A stretch of 64,000 bases of DNA. It comes from Macrostomum lignano (Eukaryota). The notes under the pieces are model-generated. The model made no database searches and had not been told where the DNA came from. It saw only the letters and a list, made by a program, of their open reading frames with translations. Shown piece after piece: positions 39,301 through 51,400 of this stretch. The stretch lies in the NCBI GenBank assembly GCA_002269645.1, contig NIVC01003149.1, positions 1 through 64,000 of the forward strand, read 5' to 3'. Position 1 is the first letter of the stretch, and every line of letters begins with the position of its first letter. Made by a program: the position numbers and the translations under genes.

Positions 39301-41484
39301 GAAGACAGGTAGATAATCAATTGAAGACAGGTAGATAATCAATTGAAGACAGGTAGATAATCAATTGAAGACAGGTAGATAATCAATTGCAGACAGGTAG
39401 ATAATCAATTGCAGACAGGTAGATAATCAATTGAAGACAGGTAGATAATCAATTGCAGACAGGTAGATAATCATTTTAAGACAGGTAGATAATCATTTTA
39501 GGACAGGTAGATAATCATTCTAGGACACTTTTACAGATAATCATTTTCAGACAGGCAGATAATCACTTTAAGACAGGTAGATAATCCTTCTAAAAAAATT
39601 AAAGATGATCATTTTAAGACAGGTAGATAATCATTTTAGGACAGGTAGATAATCATTCTAGGACACTTTTACAGATAATCATTTTCAGACAGGCAGATAA
39701 TCACTTTAAGACAGGTAGATAATCCTTCTAAGAAAATTAAAGATGATCATTTTAAGACAGGTAGATAATCATTTTAAGACAGGTAGATAATCATTTTAAG
39801 ACAGGTAGATAATCAATTGAAGACAGGTAGATAATCATTTTAAGACAGGTAGATAATCAATTGAAGACAGGTAGATAATCATTTTAAGACAGGTAGATAA
39901 TCAATTGAAGACAGGTAGATAATCATTTTAAGACAGGTAGATAATCAATTGAAGACAGGTGGATAATCAATTGAAGACAGGTAGATAATCAATTGAAGAC
40001 AGGTAGATAATCAATTGAAGACAGGTAGATAATCATTTTAAGACAGGTAGATGATCATTTTAAGACAGGTAGATAATCATTTTAAGACAGGTAGATAATC
40101 ATTTTAAGACAGGTACATAATCATTCTAGGACACTTACAGATAATAATTTTAAGACAGGTAGATAATCATTTTAAGACAGGTAGATAATCATTTTAAGAC
40201 AGGTAGATAATCATTTTAGGACAGGTAGATAATCATTCTAAGACAGGTAGATAATCATTTTAAGACAGGTAGATAATCATTTTAGGACAGGTAGATAATC
40301 ATTCTAGGACACTTACAGATAATAATTTTAAGACAGGTAGATAATCATTTTAAGACAGGTAGATAATCATTTTAAGACAGGTAGATAATCATTTTAAGAC
40401 AGGTAGATAATCATTTTAAGACAGGTAGATAATCATTTTAAGACAGGTAGATAATCATTTTAAGACAGGTAGATAATCATTTTAAGACAGGTAGATAATC
40501 ATTTTAAGACAGGTAGATAATCAATTGAAGACAGGTAGATAATCATTTTAAGACAGGTAGATAATCAATTGAAGACAGGTAGATAATCATTTTAAGACAG
40601 GTAGATAATCAATTGAAGACAGGTAGATAATCAATTGAAGACAGGTAGATAATCAATTGAAGACAGGTAGATAATCAATTGAAGACAGGTAGATAATCAA
40701 TTGAAGACAGGTAGATAATCATTCTAGGACACTTTTACAGATAATGATTTTTAGACACGTATACAGATAATCATTTTAAGACAGGTAGATAATCATTTTA
40801 GGACAGGTAGATAATCATTCTAAGACAGGTAGATAATCATTTTAAGACAGGTAGATAATCAATTGAAGACAGGTAGATAATCATTTTAAGGACAGGTAGA
40901 TAATCATTCTAAGACAGGTAGATAATCATTTTAAGACAGGTAGATGATCATTTTAAGACAGGTAGATAATCATTTTAAGGACAGGTAGATAATCATTTTA
41001 AGACAGGTAGATGATCATTTTAAGACAGGTAGATAATCATTCTAGGACACTTACAGATAATCATTTTAAGACACGTCTACAGATAATAATTTTAATTAAG
41101 ACAGGAAATTATTGTGAGAGAAGTAGATATCCCGAGGGAACGAATATCATGATCCCATCCGCCCCGCAGATCCGCCGCCTTATGGGTGCCAGCCGCGACC
41201 CAGTGGAGCTGGAACTTCTGGGCGCCTCAGACCGACTTGTTCGCCAAGCTCTGCAAGAGCAGCAGAGAGCAGCGCTGAGACTCGAACGCCTGCCCAGCGC
41301 TACAGCAGAAGACTGCGGAGCTGAGCTCACTTACGCTGACTTGGCTCAGATGCTGGAGTCTGTACTCGAGTCCACGGAGTTTTATCACGGTCGCGCTGGC
41401 AACAGAAATTCTCAACAACAGCAGCAGCAACATCAAGGAGGCAGGCCGGCATTGCGCAGAGGCATCTCACTGTCAGATAGTTAG
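30345..41484 (+). CDS. NEK10: Serine/threonine kinase NEK10 (ARM repeats + NIMA-type kinase). Exons 30345-30373, 30467-31094, 32267-32737, 33298-33678, 34143-34446, 35346-35517, 35764-36079, 37215-37928, 41170-41484 (~1109 aa)
   Basis: Kinase motifs LGSGAFG, AIKE, HPNVVRYY, KDIVHRDLSPNNIM, TDFG, YACPE, KADIWSIG and RRPDI. NEK10-specific motifs LGALRILLRD, ALRFLFSLERNRRAVKKLLP, FIDIGHY, LESVNQNR, QRRVRQISDPI and LTYADL. All splice phases match. Confidence 0.93.
31190..32160. repeat. 31-33-bp minisatellite (gagactgtaacacaccgttaatgatgtgtca) in NEK10 intron 2
   Basis: Visible tandem units that decay toward the 3' end. Confidence 0.95.
32840..33225. repeat. ~42-bp (2x21) minisatellite (aattctaagaatccgaatcccaaatctgagaattccaaccct) in NEK10 intron 3
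   Basis: Visible imperfect tandem units. Confidence 0.9.
34588..35214. mobile_element. Possible MITE-like non-autonomous element in NEK10 intron 5
   Basis: Imperfect ~21-bp terminal inverted repeats, gtacccgttgaaaatgttacc and ggtaccgttttcatcggggtac. The interior is rich in gcgac/gactc motifs. No clear TSD. Confidence 0.45.
35586..35665. repeat. 15-bp repeat (ctggtgctaaagccc) in NEK10 intron 6
   Basis: About 5 units; the same unit occurs inverted at 56628-56952. Confidence 0.9.
36098..37135. repeat. 35-bp G-rich minisatellite (gctgggggaattaggaatctgggaatgaagtcttg) in NEK10 intron 7
   Basis: Visible tandem units starting just after the splice donor. Confidence 0.95.
38054..39088 (-). mobile_element. 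Solo LTR (~1035 bp) in NEK10 intron 8
   Basis: TG...CA termini with a 4-bp target-site duplication ATTG (38050-38053, 39089-39092). Minus-strand TATA (ctataaatagg) at 38529-38539. Internal 46-bp direct repeat. No coding capacity. Confidence 0.75.
39130..41100. repeat. 22-bp minisatellite (gacaggtagataatcaattgaa / ..attttaa), ~2 kb, in NEK10 intron 8
   Basis: Visible tandem units with two alternating variants. Confidence 0.96.
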
Positions 41485-41567
41485 ATTTCAGTAAACCATA
41501 AAGTTTTCATTCGAAGCAAATAACTTTGAGTTCGTGCTTACAAATATAATAATAATATTCACAGTAA

Positions 41568-41800
41568 GGGTTGTGCGCACCCTGGCGCACTTTAAGCGAC
41601 ATTGCTCCCCTGAGCAGGCACACAAGCGCGCGGATACGTACGCAGTCATACGCACAAGCACACACTCACCCAGGAGTGTACAGCGGCCCTAACTTTATTT
41701 ATCGTTAGGCATGTACACTTCACTGCGCCTTGGGGGGGGGGGGGGGTTGGCTCTCCAGGGCGGTAATTGCACGAGCAGAGCCAAGCCGAGATTCCAATTT
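41568..41800 (-). mobile_element. SINE family A, copy 2 (5'-truncated, lacks the tRNA head)
   Basis: Matches the body of 5903-6130 (ggcgcactttaagcgacat, gagtgtacagcggccctaac, gccaagccgagattccaatt). Confidence 0.75.
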
Positions 41801-42550
41801 ACGGTCCCCTCTACCACTGAGCTTAGTATTTACAATATTTAATGAGTTGAAAATCGGTTATGAAATAGAAAGGAAATTTTCTGCATAGTTAGTAAGGTCT
41901 AAACAAGATCAAACTGATTTTCTGATCACCCTACACTTGTCTGACAGTCAGACGCGATTGCAGAAGCAGATAATTTTCCCATCTTCGTTTCATTTGAATT
42001 TTGTCGTATTTTTATGCTTTTTTTTCTCTTTCGTACTACTCATTTCTGTAGTATAGTTTGAAGTATCAGTGCAACAAATTTAAAGATGTGAAGAATTTTT
42101 TTAACATTTCAAATACTGAGTTGCTTTCCAAGATCATTTTATTTCTGTGGCCTTCAAATCTGCTGTGAATGTAATTTTGTAGTGCGCTTAGACTTACAAT
42201 TTAGATTTAATAGACCTATATCGCATTCGATGCATGCTTTGAATATTATCAATTTGCACTACTGCAAAAACCGGCCACTGAGTAGCGTAATGAGAGTTTT
42301 CTACTCAGATTTTTACACGTATTCAAAATAATATTCCGTCCGTAAATCAAAAGCTGTATTTCATTGTTTGGTCGTTTGCGCTTTTCCTCAATTTTTTCTG
42401 CATGAAAATTTTTCTCGGCATTTTTATTATTAACTCTATGCTTTCTCTATCGTCACATTTCTGTTTTGAAAAAATAAACACATTCCTTAACACTGGCTAC
42501 AGTTCACCTCATTTGTGCTATCACTCCGTGTGCATCAATCTAACTCGCAC

Positions 42551-43056
42551 CCAGTCAGTATAGCTAGACACCCGCCACCCCAATGTACACACGCCCCAGT
42601 CACCATAGCTAGACACCCGCCACCCCAATGTACACACGCCCTAGTCAGTATAGCTAGGCACCCACCACCCCAATGTACACATGCCCCAGTCAGTATAGCT
42701 ACACACCCGCCACCCCAATGTAGACACGCCTCAGTCAGTATAGCTAGACACCCGCCACCCCAATGTACACACGCCCTAGTCAGTATAGCTAGACATCCGC
42801 CACCCCAATGTACACACGCCCCATTCGGTATAGCTAGACACCCGCCACCCCAATGTACACTCGCCCCAGTCAGTATAGCTAGACACCCGCCACCCCAATG
42901 TACACACGCCCCAGTCACCATAGCTAGACTCCCGCCACCCCAATGTAGACACGCCTCAGTCACCATAGCTAGACTCCCGCCACCCCAATGTACACACGCC
43001 TCAGTCAGTATAGCTAGGCACCCACCACCCCAATGTACACACGCCCCAGTCAGTAG
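42551..43056. repeat. 45-bp minisatellite (cagtcagtatagctagacacccgccaccccaatgtacacacgccc), ~11 copies
   Basis: Visible tandem units. Confidence 0.95.
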
Positions 43057-43576
43057 CCCAGACATGGTACTAAATTCAACTCAAATATCATTACTCAATT
43101 CTTTCTAATTCGCAGCCCGTCCACAGGAAGAAAATTATGCGACTTTAATAATTTATTTTGTTATAATTGAGACTTTATTAAAAGCTTCTCTGTTTTCCTT
43201 ACGCTGCTTCCTGTTGTGCTTATAATTGCCTAGTTTACTAAATATTATCTGTTAAGTTGAATGTCGTACATTTTCTTTGTTTCAAATCTATGTAGGTTTA
43301 TTTTTAGCGTAGTTTAATATTAACTTAGTGTTTTATTTTCAAAAAAATGTTAATTAGTTGAAACTCCGTCCATAACTGTGCGCAAGTGCCTTGATTGACA
43401 TTGTATTGGTGTATTGTTTACTTGCTCTAACTGTATTCTCCTCATGCATGTGAGTTGGGAAATAAATTAATATGAAGCATTAGAGAGGCCACCGATATAC
43501 TGTCGTATTATTGTGCTCCAGTTGTGTAGTCATAAATGATCCCCTTGGAACCTGTTATTGTTTTGAATTTAGATTA

Positions 43577-44926
43577 CTTCGGCTGTCCGGAAAGTCGTGA
43601 GAATGTGTCAATTAAGCAAGAAAGCAGCAAGCTGTTGACGTGGCACACAGAAATTTTCAATAATAGACTCATATAGGTCTATGGTGAAAATTATTGTTAC
43701 TCTAGTAGCAAAATTGGGGGCAGGGGCGAGCTCAGTATAAAGTGCTCAATAGCAAATGCAACGCGGTGATCAAGCTTGAAAATTTTGACAGCGAGTTCTT
43801 CAAAATGGAAGACTTCCAGGGTTATGCCTATGCTAGATACCGTCTTGGAATCTCCGCTCTCAGCTGCCATGACGAGCTGCTTAAAGTTTATGGAGATGCT
43901 GCACCAGGTCAGTCAACGGTTTACAGATGGTATTCGAAGTTCTGTGACGAAGCATTTCCCCGGTCTCAGCTCCTCGGACTGGCCGGCCACGGTCAACAAG
44001 GACAGCGGAACTGATCGAAACCTGCCGAGCTCTTGTTGAAGAGGATCCAAAAGTTAGTGTCCGAGACCTCGCTGACTTTGGAAGTTGGAAAAACAACAGT
44101 GCACGAAATTTTGACTGAGGATTTGCACCTTCGAAACGTTTCTGCTGTCTGGGTTCCGCATGCTCTATCCGAGGAGAACAAGACTGCTCGCATCAATTGT
44201 GCCAAGCAAATTCGCAGGCTTTTTTACAACAAAGGGCATGGAAAACTTTTGCGACAAGTACGTGGTGGAGGATGAGACGTGGGTGTACCTGAACAACACT
44301 GGCACAAAGCAAAACAACAGGTGCTGGCTTGGCCAAGGAGATCATCGGCCCCAGGTTGTCAGGCACTCAGTCGGCAATGCAAAGACAATGCTTCTGGTTG
44401 CTTTTACTCCAAACAAGCGCTTCTCCATTGAATCCACAGCCCCAAAGCAAACTGTTGATGCAAATGGCATAGTTAAGTTCATTCGGCACACCGGAGACCT
44501 ATGGCGTACTCTCAGGTCAAGGCCAATTCATCTGTCGGATGTTCTTTGGCAGTGGGACAATGCGCGACCTCACGTGGCTCGTTCTGTGCAGCAGTACATG
44601 GAGTCCCGTGGAGTTCAGCTGGTGTTTCAGAGTCCTTACAGCCCAGACTTCAATTTGTGCGACCGTTTTTTGTTCAGTTGGATGAAGACTGATTTCTCCA
44701 GGCGAGTGTTCAGCGATCACAATCAATTTCGAGAAGCTGCGTTGCAATAGGCAAGAGGCCTTGACGAAGATTGCTTGAAAAGAGAGGTTCAGCGACTTGT
44801 TGACCATTGCCAAGCTGTAATCAACGCAAGGGGAGATTGCATTACCAACTAGTGCTGTTATCGTGTTTTCTGATAGTTCTGACTGATTTTTTAAATACAT
44901 TCTCACAACTTTCCGGACAGCCGGAG
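43577..44926 (+). mobile_element. Mariner (Tc1/mariner DD34D) DNA transposon, 1350 bp, with a pseudogenised transposase (~43805-44852)
   Basis: 30-bp TIRs (28/30 match: cttcggctgtccggaaagtcgtgagaatgt) with TA on both sides. Motifs WVPHAL, EDETW, DNARPH and SPYSPDFNLCD, with 34 residues between D2 and D3. About three frameshifts and a TAG at 44748-44750. Confidence 0.95.
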
Positions 44927-45422
44927 TATTTGTAAGGGTTTTAAGGATTCGCCACAGATAAAGATGATTTTAATGTTATAGCCACAATCTGGTAAATTAT
45001 TCGAAAAAGACCCTTTTTATCTTCTAGTCCAGATGCTGTTTCTAGAACTCCACGGCTGGCTAACTGAAACACGTGGCTATACTTTGCACTTTTCAGAGTT
45101 AAGAAATCTCGCAAAGTTTGCTGTTGCTGATACCTAACCTTGGTGTGTTTGCTCAAGCGAAATATGAATATAGTTTAAAGCGCAGGTACAGAAGCTTAAA
45201 CCAGCTATCGAAAGTTTCTTTTTATCTTATCTATTACTTCGCAATGGCTTGAATGCCGATTGCCGAGGTTTCTCTGTGCCATGGTCGCCGTATCAGGGAA
45301 AGTTCTTGAAAGAAACTAGTTATAAAGGCACTTTAGATTCAGCAGGCTACTTTGCTTAAGAGACAGTGGTAAAGGTCAAGACGAACCTTTCAAACCGCAA
45401 CGCTACGTAGGCCACGGAAACT

Positions 45423-48400
45423 ATGGGAGTCTTGCAATGGATGCACGCAATCTCTGTGCTGTTGGCGTTGGGTACCGCGCATCCAGCTGCTGCGGATATC
45501 TGCACCATCACTACAGGTTCCGGTGAGCATATGGGGTCATTAGCGGTTGACAGAAAAACCTGCTAAATAACTATTGGTCACTATAAGGATTCCATCGTAA
45601 TATAGCTTGTACTGTAACCGACTATTGATGTAGAAAATGCAAGATAATCAGATAAAAATACTACTAGCTGGGAGAATAGTTAAATTTACAGGCGGAAACT
45701 ATAAAGGCACTACATGTAAGACAGCTCAACATGATGATAGACTAGCCACTTGACGATTAGAAAAGCGCAAAGATACTAAGACAGAATGGAAACTAAGATA
45801 CTTAAACATAAGGACACTCGGACACTAAGACCCAGGAAACAAAAACATTAAGAAACTAGAACAGATAGACGCTAGAACAGATAGAATCTAGGACAGATAG
45901 ACACCAGGACAGTTAGACACTAGGACAGATAGACTCTAGGACAGATAGACGCGCGTCGCTTTATCAATCTGCTACTGAAAAATCCAGAATACTAGTACAC
46001 TGAGACAAAGTTATGCTATGCACAGACAGACAAAGTGACTGACAGCCAGCAAAATAGAATAGAATAGAATAGAAGAAATATATATAAACATAAATAAGAA
46101 ATATAAATGGAATAGAATAAAATAGCCAGTATCCCGCTGTCATGCCTCCCGCAAAAAAATTACAACCGCGTGCAGAGAAGCTGCCATCGGCTCCGAAGCG
46201 ATTCCACATCACCATGGCAACAGTGAGCCAACCGGGAGACTTCGTCGGGCACGCATCGCTGATGGTCGACGGAGAGATGGGCCGAGCCGCCGTTAATGCC
46301 GAGAATTTTTTTAGTAACGACGAAGAGTTCAAAGTTATTTACGATATGGCAAGCGATCAAGTTATGCTGATCGATCGGAAAGCTGACGAGTTTCAAATTG
46401 GTAGGTTTTCGAAATCTGTGGTCTCTTTTCTTCCTATTAAGGGGAGAGCAGAGGCAGAGGGAGAGAGTAAGGCAGGACGCGGGTGAGGGAGAGGGAGAGA
46501 GGAGAAAAGAGAGAGAGGAGGAGGAGGAGAGGAGGAGGGAAAGAGAAAGGAGGAGGGAGAGAGAGAGGGAGAGGGAGATTGGAATTCCCGTTCTGAAATT
46601 TCTTATTGCAATGCTCTTGTTCCAAGCTTTCTCCTTTAGGCTTACACAATTTGCACTGTTCCAGCACTCAGTTAAAGATACCGATAGCGTGACGCATCCA
46701 CCATTTTATAAGCAAAAATATTTGGGTTTGTCGATTTATAGGGTTGGAATTGGGGCTTTATCTTACGGTCAATAGTTAACTGCTTATTTTTAATAATTAA
46801 CTCATCGGCATTATGAGAGCCTTTAATAGGCAAGTGTATTTGAATATTTTAATCAGGCCTATTAATATGGGCTCGTACACGAACTCGGCATACGGCTTAT
46901 CGTTTCATTTTCGCTCATGGGGACGAAACACCAGGATACAAATATAGGACTAATAATAAAAAAATAAAGGAATATACAAAGTTCCATTATCATTAACCAT
47001 GATGAACAACTTAAATAGGAGGAGCAACCATACTCTAATATGCTCTAGAGAACGCATTGCGTGGACGTCGCTGGCAGTTGGGTATTTTTTACATTACACC
47101 GATAGATAATGACGTCATGCGTGGGCTGAACGTCGATATACCTTAGCGCCGTGTCTCTTGCTCCTTCAATCTGTGCATGATTAGGTTAGTCTACGACCAG
47201 AACTCTTAGGACCCTTGGGATACATGAAGATTGTTGCGTCAACAATTAGCTATGTCTTTATGCATGTAACGTAATGATAACGACTGCTACACGGAGCAGT
47301 CTCTTCGTGTGGCAAAATCCTATTTTCAGTTGTGTGGTTAATCCTCCCTCGGACAGCGACGTGGATGGATGTCGGGTTGTTAAACGGGCTAAACACCCCA
47401 GCAATACGACAAATATACGTTATTTACTGGCCGCCCACTGATTTCTAGGAAAATTGAGTTTAGCGTTCTTCTATTTGAGTTGTTCATCGCATGCACACAC
47501 ACTAGATATCTCGCCGGGACGTGGGTATCGTCTCCTAATTTGCGTCAGTACCAAACAAATTGGCGTCGAGCTTTCGACCGAGCATCTTCGAACCTGCAAT
47601 TTCAGACAACTGTCAACTCCAGACGTCTGGCAGCAGCAATTTTCAACTAATGGCCAAGATCAAAAACAAAGGCGCAGACAGAATGGTTCCGAGTGGAAAG
47701 TTTCTGACGCCTCCGGAGGAGCTGAGAATTGATAAAGATTCAAATACGGTAAATTCTATAATTTAGTAAACATGATCTTGGGATCCATTGCCTGTCCATT
47801 AGAACACTATTCAACTAATTGTAGGAAATTAACGGAATTCAAACAACGCCATATCGAGCATGCTACAGCGATTCTCTAGCGACCGTCGAAGTAACTTGGT
47901 GGTATCCAATTGGTAAGTGAGCAACTTGTGAAAATCTCCTGCAGATGTAAAGATTTTCAAGCCAATTTATTTAACCATCGCATCAGGATCCGACTCTCCG
48001 ATTCAAATCAAAAGCATGTACCAGTTGAAGTCAGGTGGAAATGTCGTTACAACTACCTACACGCCAACTCCAATGCGGAATCTGTCAGAGAAACACGACG
48101 CTATGCGGCATCCGCTGATGGTAGGATAGATGTATTTTGTTGTCACTGATGCGTTTTATGTGCTAAATTGATAGATACGAGCGTAAATTTTAGTGCTGAA
48201 AAGTACGGCAGAGACTGGTACAGGGAGTATTTTGGATAATCCTAGTCGTTGCCACTGTCTCCTAGTGGTCGCCACTGTCTCCTAGTGGTCGCCACTGTCT
48301 CCTAGTGGTCGCCACTGTCTCCTAGTGGTCGCCACTGTCTCCTAGTGGTCGCCACTGTCCAAGAGGAGACAAAAGTTGAGCTCCTGTCATTTGTTGGGCT

Positions 48401-51400
48401 TGATTACCTCTCATTTAGTTTTTTTTGTTGGGGCGATTAAGGAGCGGGGATGTGGCTCACGATGTAGTATACTTATTCTCATAGTTGTCAAAGCGACTGT
48501 CAACTTAAGTTCCGGTATCGAGTCCAAGGTGAATCACCCAATTCCGTATCCTCTGAACGCCCCATCCGGCAAGTTATCGATTGCTTCGGACTCCACTCCG
48601 GCCTCTAAGTTGACACTCCTTTGACATTTCCTTCAGAAAGAATCCGAATTTTAACTTTTTCTCCCTTTACTTTGGAAAATATACAGGCTCCAAAAGGAGT
48701 ATACTGCAAAGACATGGTCTCAAGCAAGAAAGCACCCGAGCCAAATAACCGATTCGGTTTTAGCGTTGAAGAGTTTGTCGGTAAGTTTACTAAGTTGCAT
48801 TTGAACTACGAGCATACTTAAGATAGCTGCACTGCATTCGACCATATGAAATTTCTGCAGTACACAGTCATATTACTTTGGGGCTGGTGCCTCAAGACGC
48901 ATAGTGTACCGGTGTAAACGCCTGACCATTAGAAAGTCAGGACTGCTGTATAACCTGTATGAACGACTGTACACTTGACTAGCAGGAGTGTCTGAAACTC
49001 CCCTGAGCTCCCCAAACTAACTTGCTAAAATTTCAACTGCTTAAGCTATAGCACTATGTGTTTTAATATAACACTACAACACTTCAACACTAAGTATGCT
49101 TCTATTGTCTATGGCAGTTGTTAATAATCAATTACAGTTCGACAGCGCGAAGCTAAGAAGCCAGAGCGGCATTTCCTATCGATAGCTTCACACTTTTGTT
49201 CCACTGCAATTATCTGCTTTTTCATAGTTGTAGCACCCGCTACAAAGTGGTAGCAGAGCGTGCGATAACACCATCTGGCTTACCTTACGATGCCCAGCAA
49301 ACGCAGCAAGCGACAAACGGTGGCCAACACCACCGGCTCTACGTCTACTACAGAGAGGGACACAGCCTCGACGGCCCAAGAGTCGATTAACCGTGGCACG
49401 GTCCGCCCACCACCATTCTACCGCAAAGCGCCCGATGTCTGGTTCCGCCAACTGGAATCTCAGTTTGTCTTGGCCCGCATCACCTGTCCAACGAGAAAGT
49501 TTCATCACGCTCTGTCCGCACTGCCGGAAGACGTCGCCTGCGACATTGCCGATGTAGAGGACGATTACGAAGCACTGAAGTCAGCTGTGACGGAACTACT
49601 CCGGGCCAACCGCCACCAGCGCATCGAAGAAGCGCTCGCTGCGGTCGAGCTCGGTGACCGCCGTCCTACACAGCTAGTTACGGACATTCGACGGCGCTTC
49701 TCCGAAGTTGGCCTGCAGGTCGACGACTCGATCGTCAAGTCCCGCCTGCTGTCCGCCCTTCCCGGCAACATCCGTTCAGCGCTCGTCGGCCACGAATCTG
49801 AAGCACTCGACAACTTCGCAAGGATCGCTGACAGCATGTTGGCAGTCGCCGGTCCCACGACACCATTCCACACAATCGCGCGAGCTACCGCTGCACCGTC
49901 AGCCCCTTCGCCAGGCAACGCCCGTGAGGCACGACCCCAGCGACGCACCCGACAGTCAAGGCAGAAGGTCTGCAACGGCCACATCTACTACGGCGCAGAG
50001 GCTCGCACCTGCCGACCATGGTGCCAGTGGCCCGGACCAAAGCCACAACGCGTGCTCAAGAGCCGTCAGGCTACGCCGGCACAGTCGCGCGCCGCCAGTC
50101 CAACAAACGCGTAGGTCATGCGCCAGGGCCGAGCCATGACCTCAACGAGGCCGCTTCCTTGTTGTTACCCTGTAAATTGTTCGGAAAAACGGTTCGTTTT
50201 GTTGTGGACACCGGTGCTGAGCGCTCCCTGCTGCCTTTGGACCTTGCACCTCGCCACCTGCTGGCACCCACGCAGGTCCGGCTACGCAGCGTCGATGGTC
50301 GCGAATTTAGTACTCTCGGTCAGTGCTCACTGTCTGTCGCAGTCCCAGAGCTACGCCGCCTGTTTCCCGCGAACTTCATCGTTGCTGATACACCGCCGAT
50401 TCTGGGAGCCGACTTCCTGGCTAAGTTCGGTCTCCTAATTGACATGCGGAACAGACGTCTGCATGACCCGACTACTCAACTTCATGCAGCTCTTCAAGCA
50501 ATAGCAGACTCAGCCCCACAGGTGCTAGCAACATCGGGAGTGTTAGCGACACCCCTCGATGCTTTCCCGCAGCTAGCAGAAGCCCCAGACTATTCGTCCG
50601 CACCTTCGTCTAGCACAGTCAGCCACCAGATAATTACCGACAGCAAGCCGCTATTCTGCCGACCTCGTCCACTCCCTCCAGCCAAGTTCGATGCAGCGAA
50701 GGCGGAGTTTGACAAACTGCTGCAGCTCGGCATCGTGCGACCTTCCGCCAGTCCATGGGCGTCCCCTCTTCACATGGTGAAGAAGAAGGACGGCTCGTGG
50801 CGTCCCTGCGGCGACTACCGCGCACTCAACGCAGTAACCAAGCCAGATCGCTACCCGATACCCCACATCGGACACTTTCACCATCGACTCCACGGGTCAC
50901 GGGTTTTCAGTAAGCTTGACCTTGTCAAAGCTTACCACTTCGTACCCATTGCGGCGGAGGACATAGAGAAGACTGCAGTTTGCACGCCATTCGGTTCGTT
51001 TGAGTATCTGCGCATGCCATTCGGACTACGCAACGCAGCCAGTACCTTTCAACGGTTCGTCGACGCGATTTTCCGCGACATGCCATTCGTGGTCACCTAC
51101 ATTGACGATATTCTGATCCACAGCACCTGCCGCGAGGAGCACGAGGCACATCTACATGCCGTACTGCAACGCCTGTGCGACAACGGACTGCGTGTAAGCC
51201 CTCACAAATGCCAATTCTATCAGGATACAATCGAGTTCCTGGGCCATCAGATTTCTGGAGACGGGATCCGACCGCTGCCCGATCGAGTCGATGCCCTACG
51301 TGCTCTTCCTCCACCCAAGGACAGCAGGGAGTTGCAGCGATATCTCGGCATGTTCGGCTTTTACCAACGCCACATTCAGCACTACGCACAGCTGCTACTC

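Noticed and set aside
46905-46945. ggggacgaaac as part of a hammerhead ribozyme
   Set aside because: No CUGAUGA/CUGANGA core or stems found nearby.
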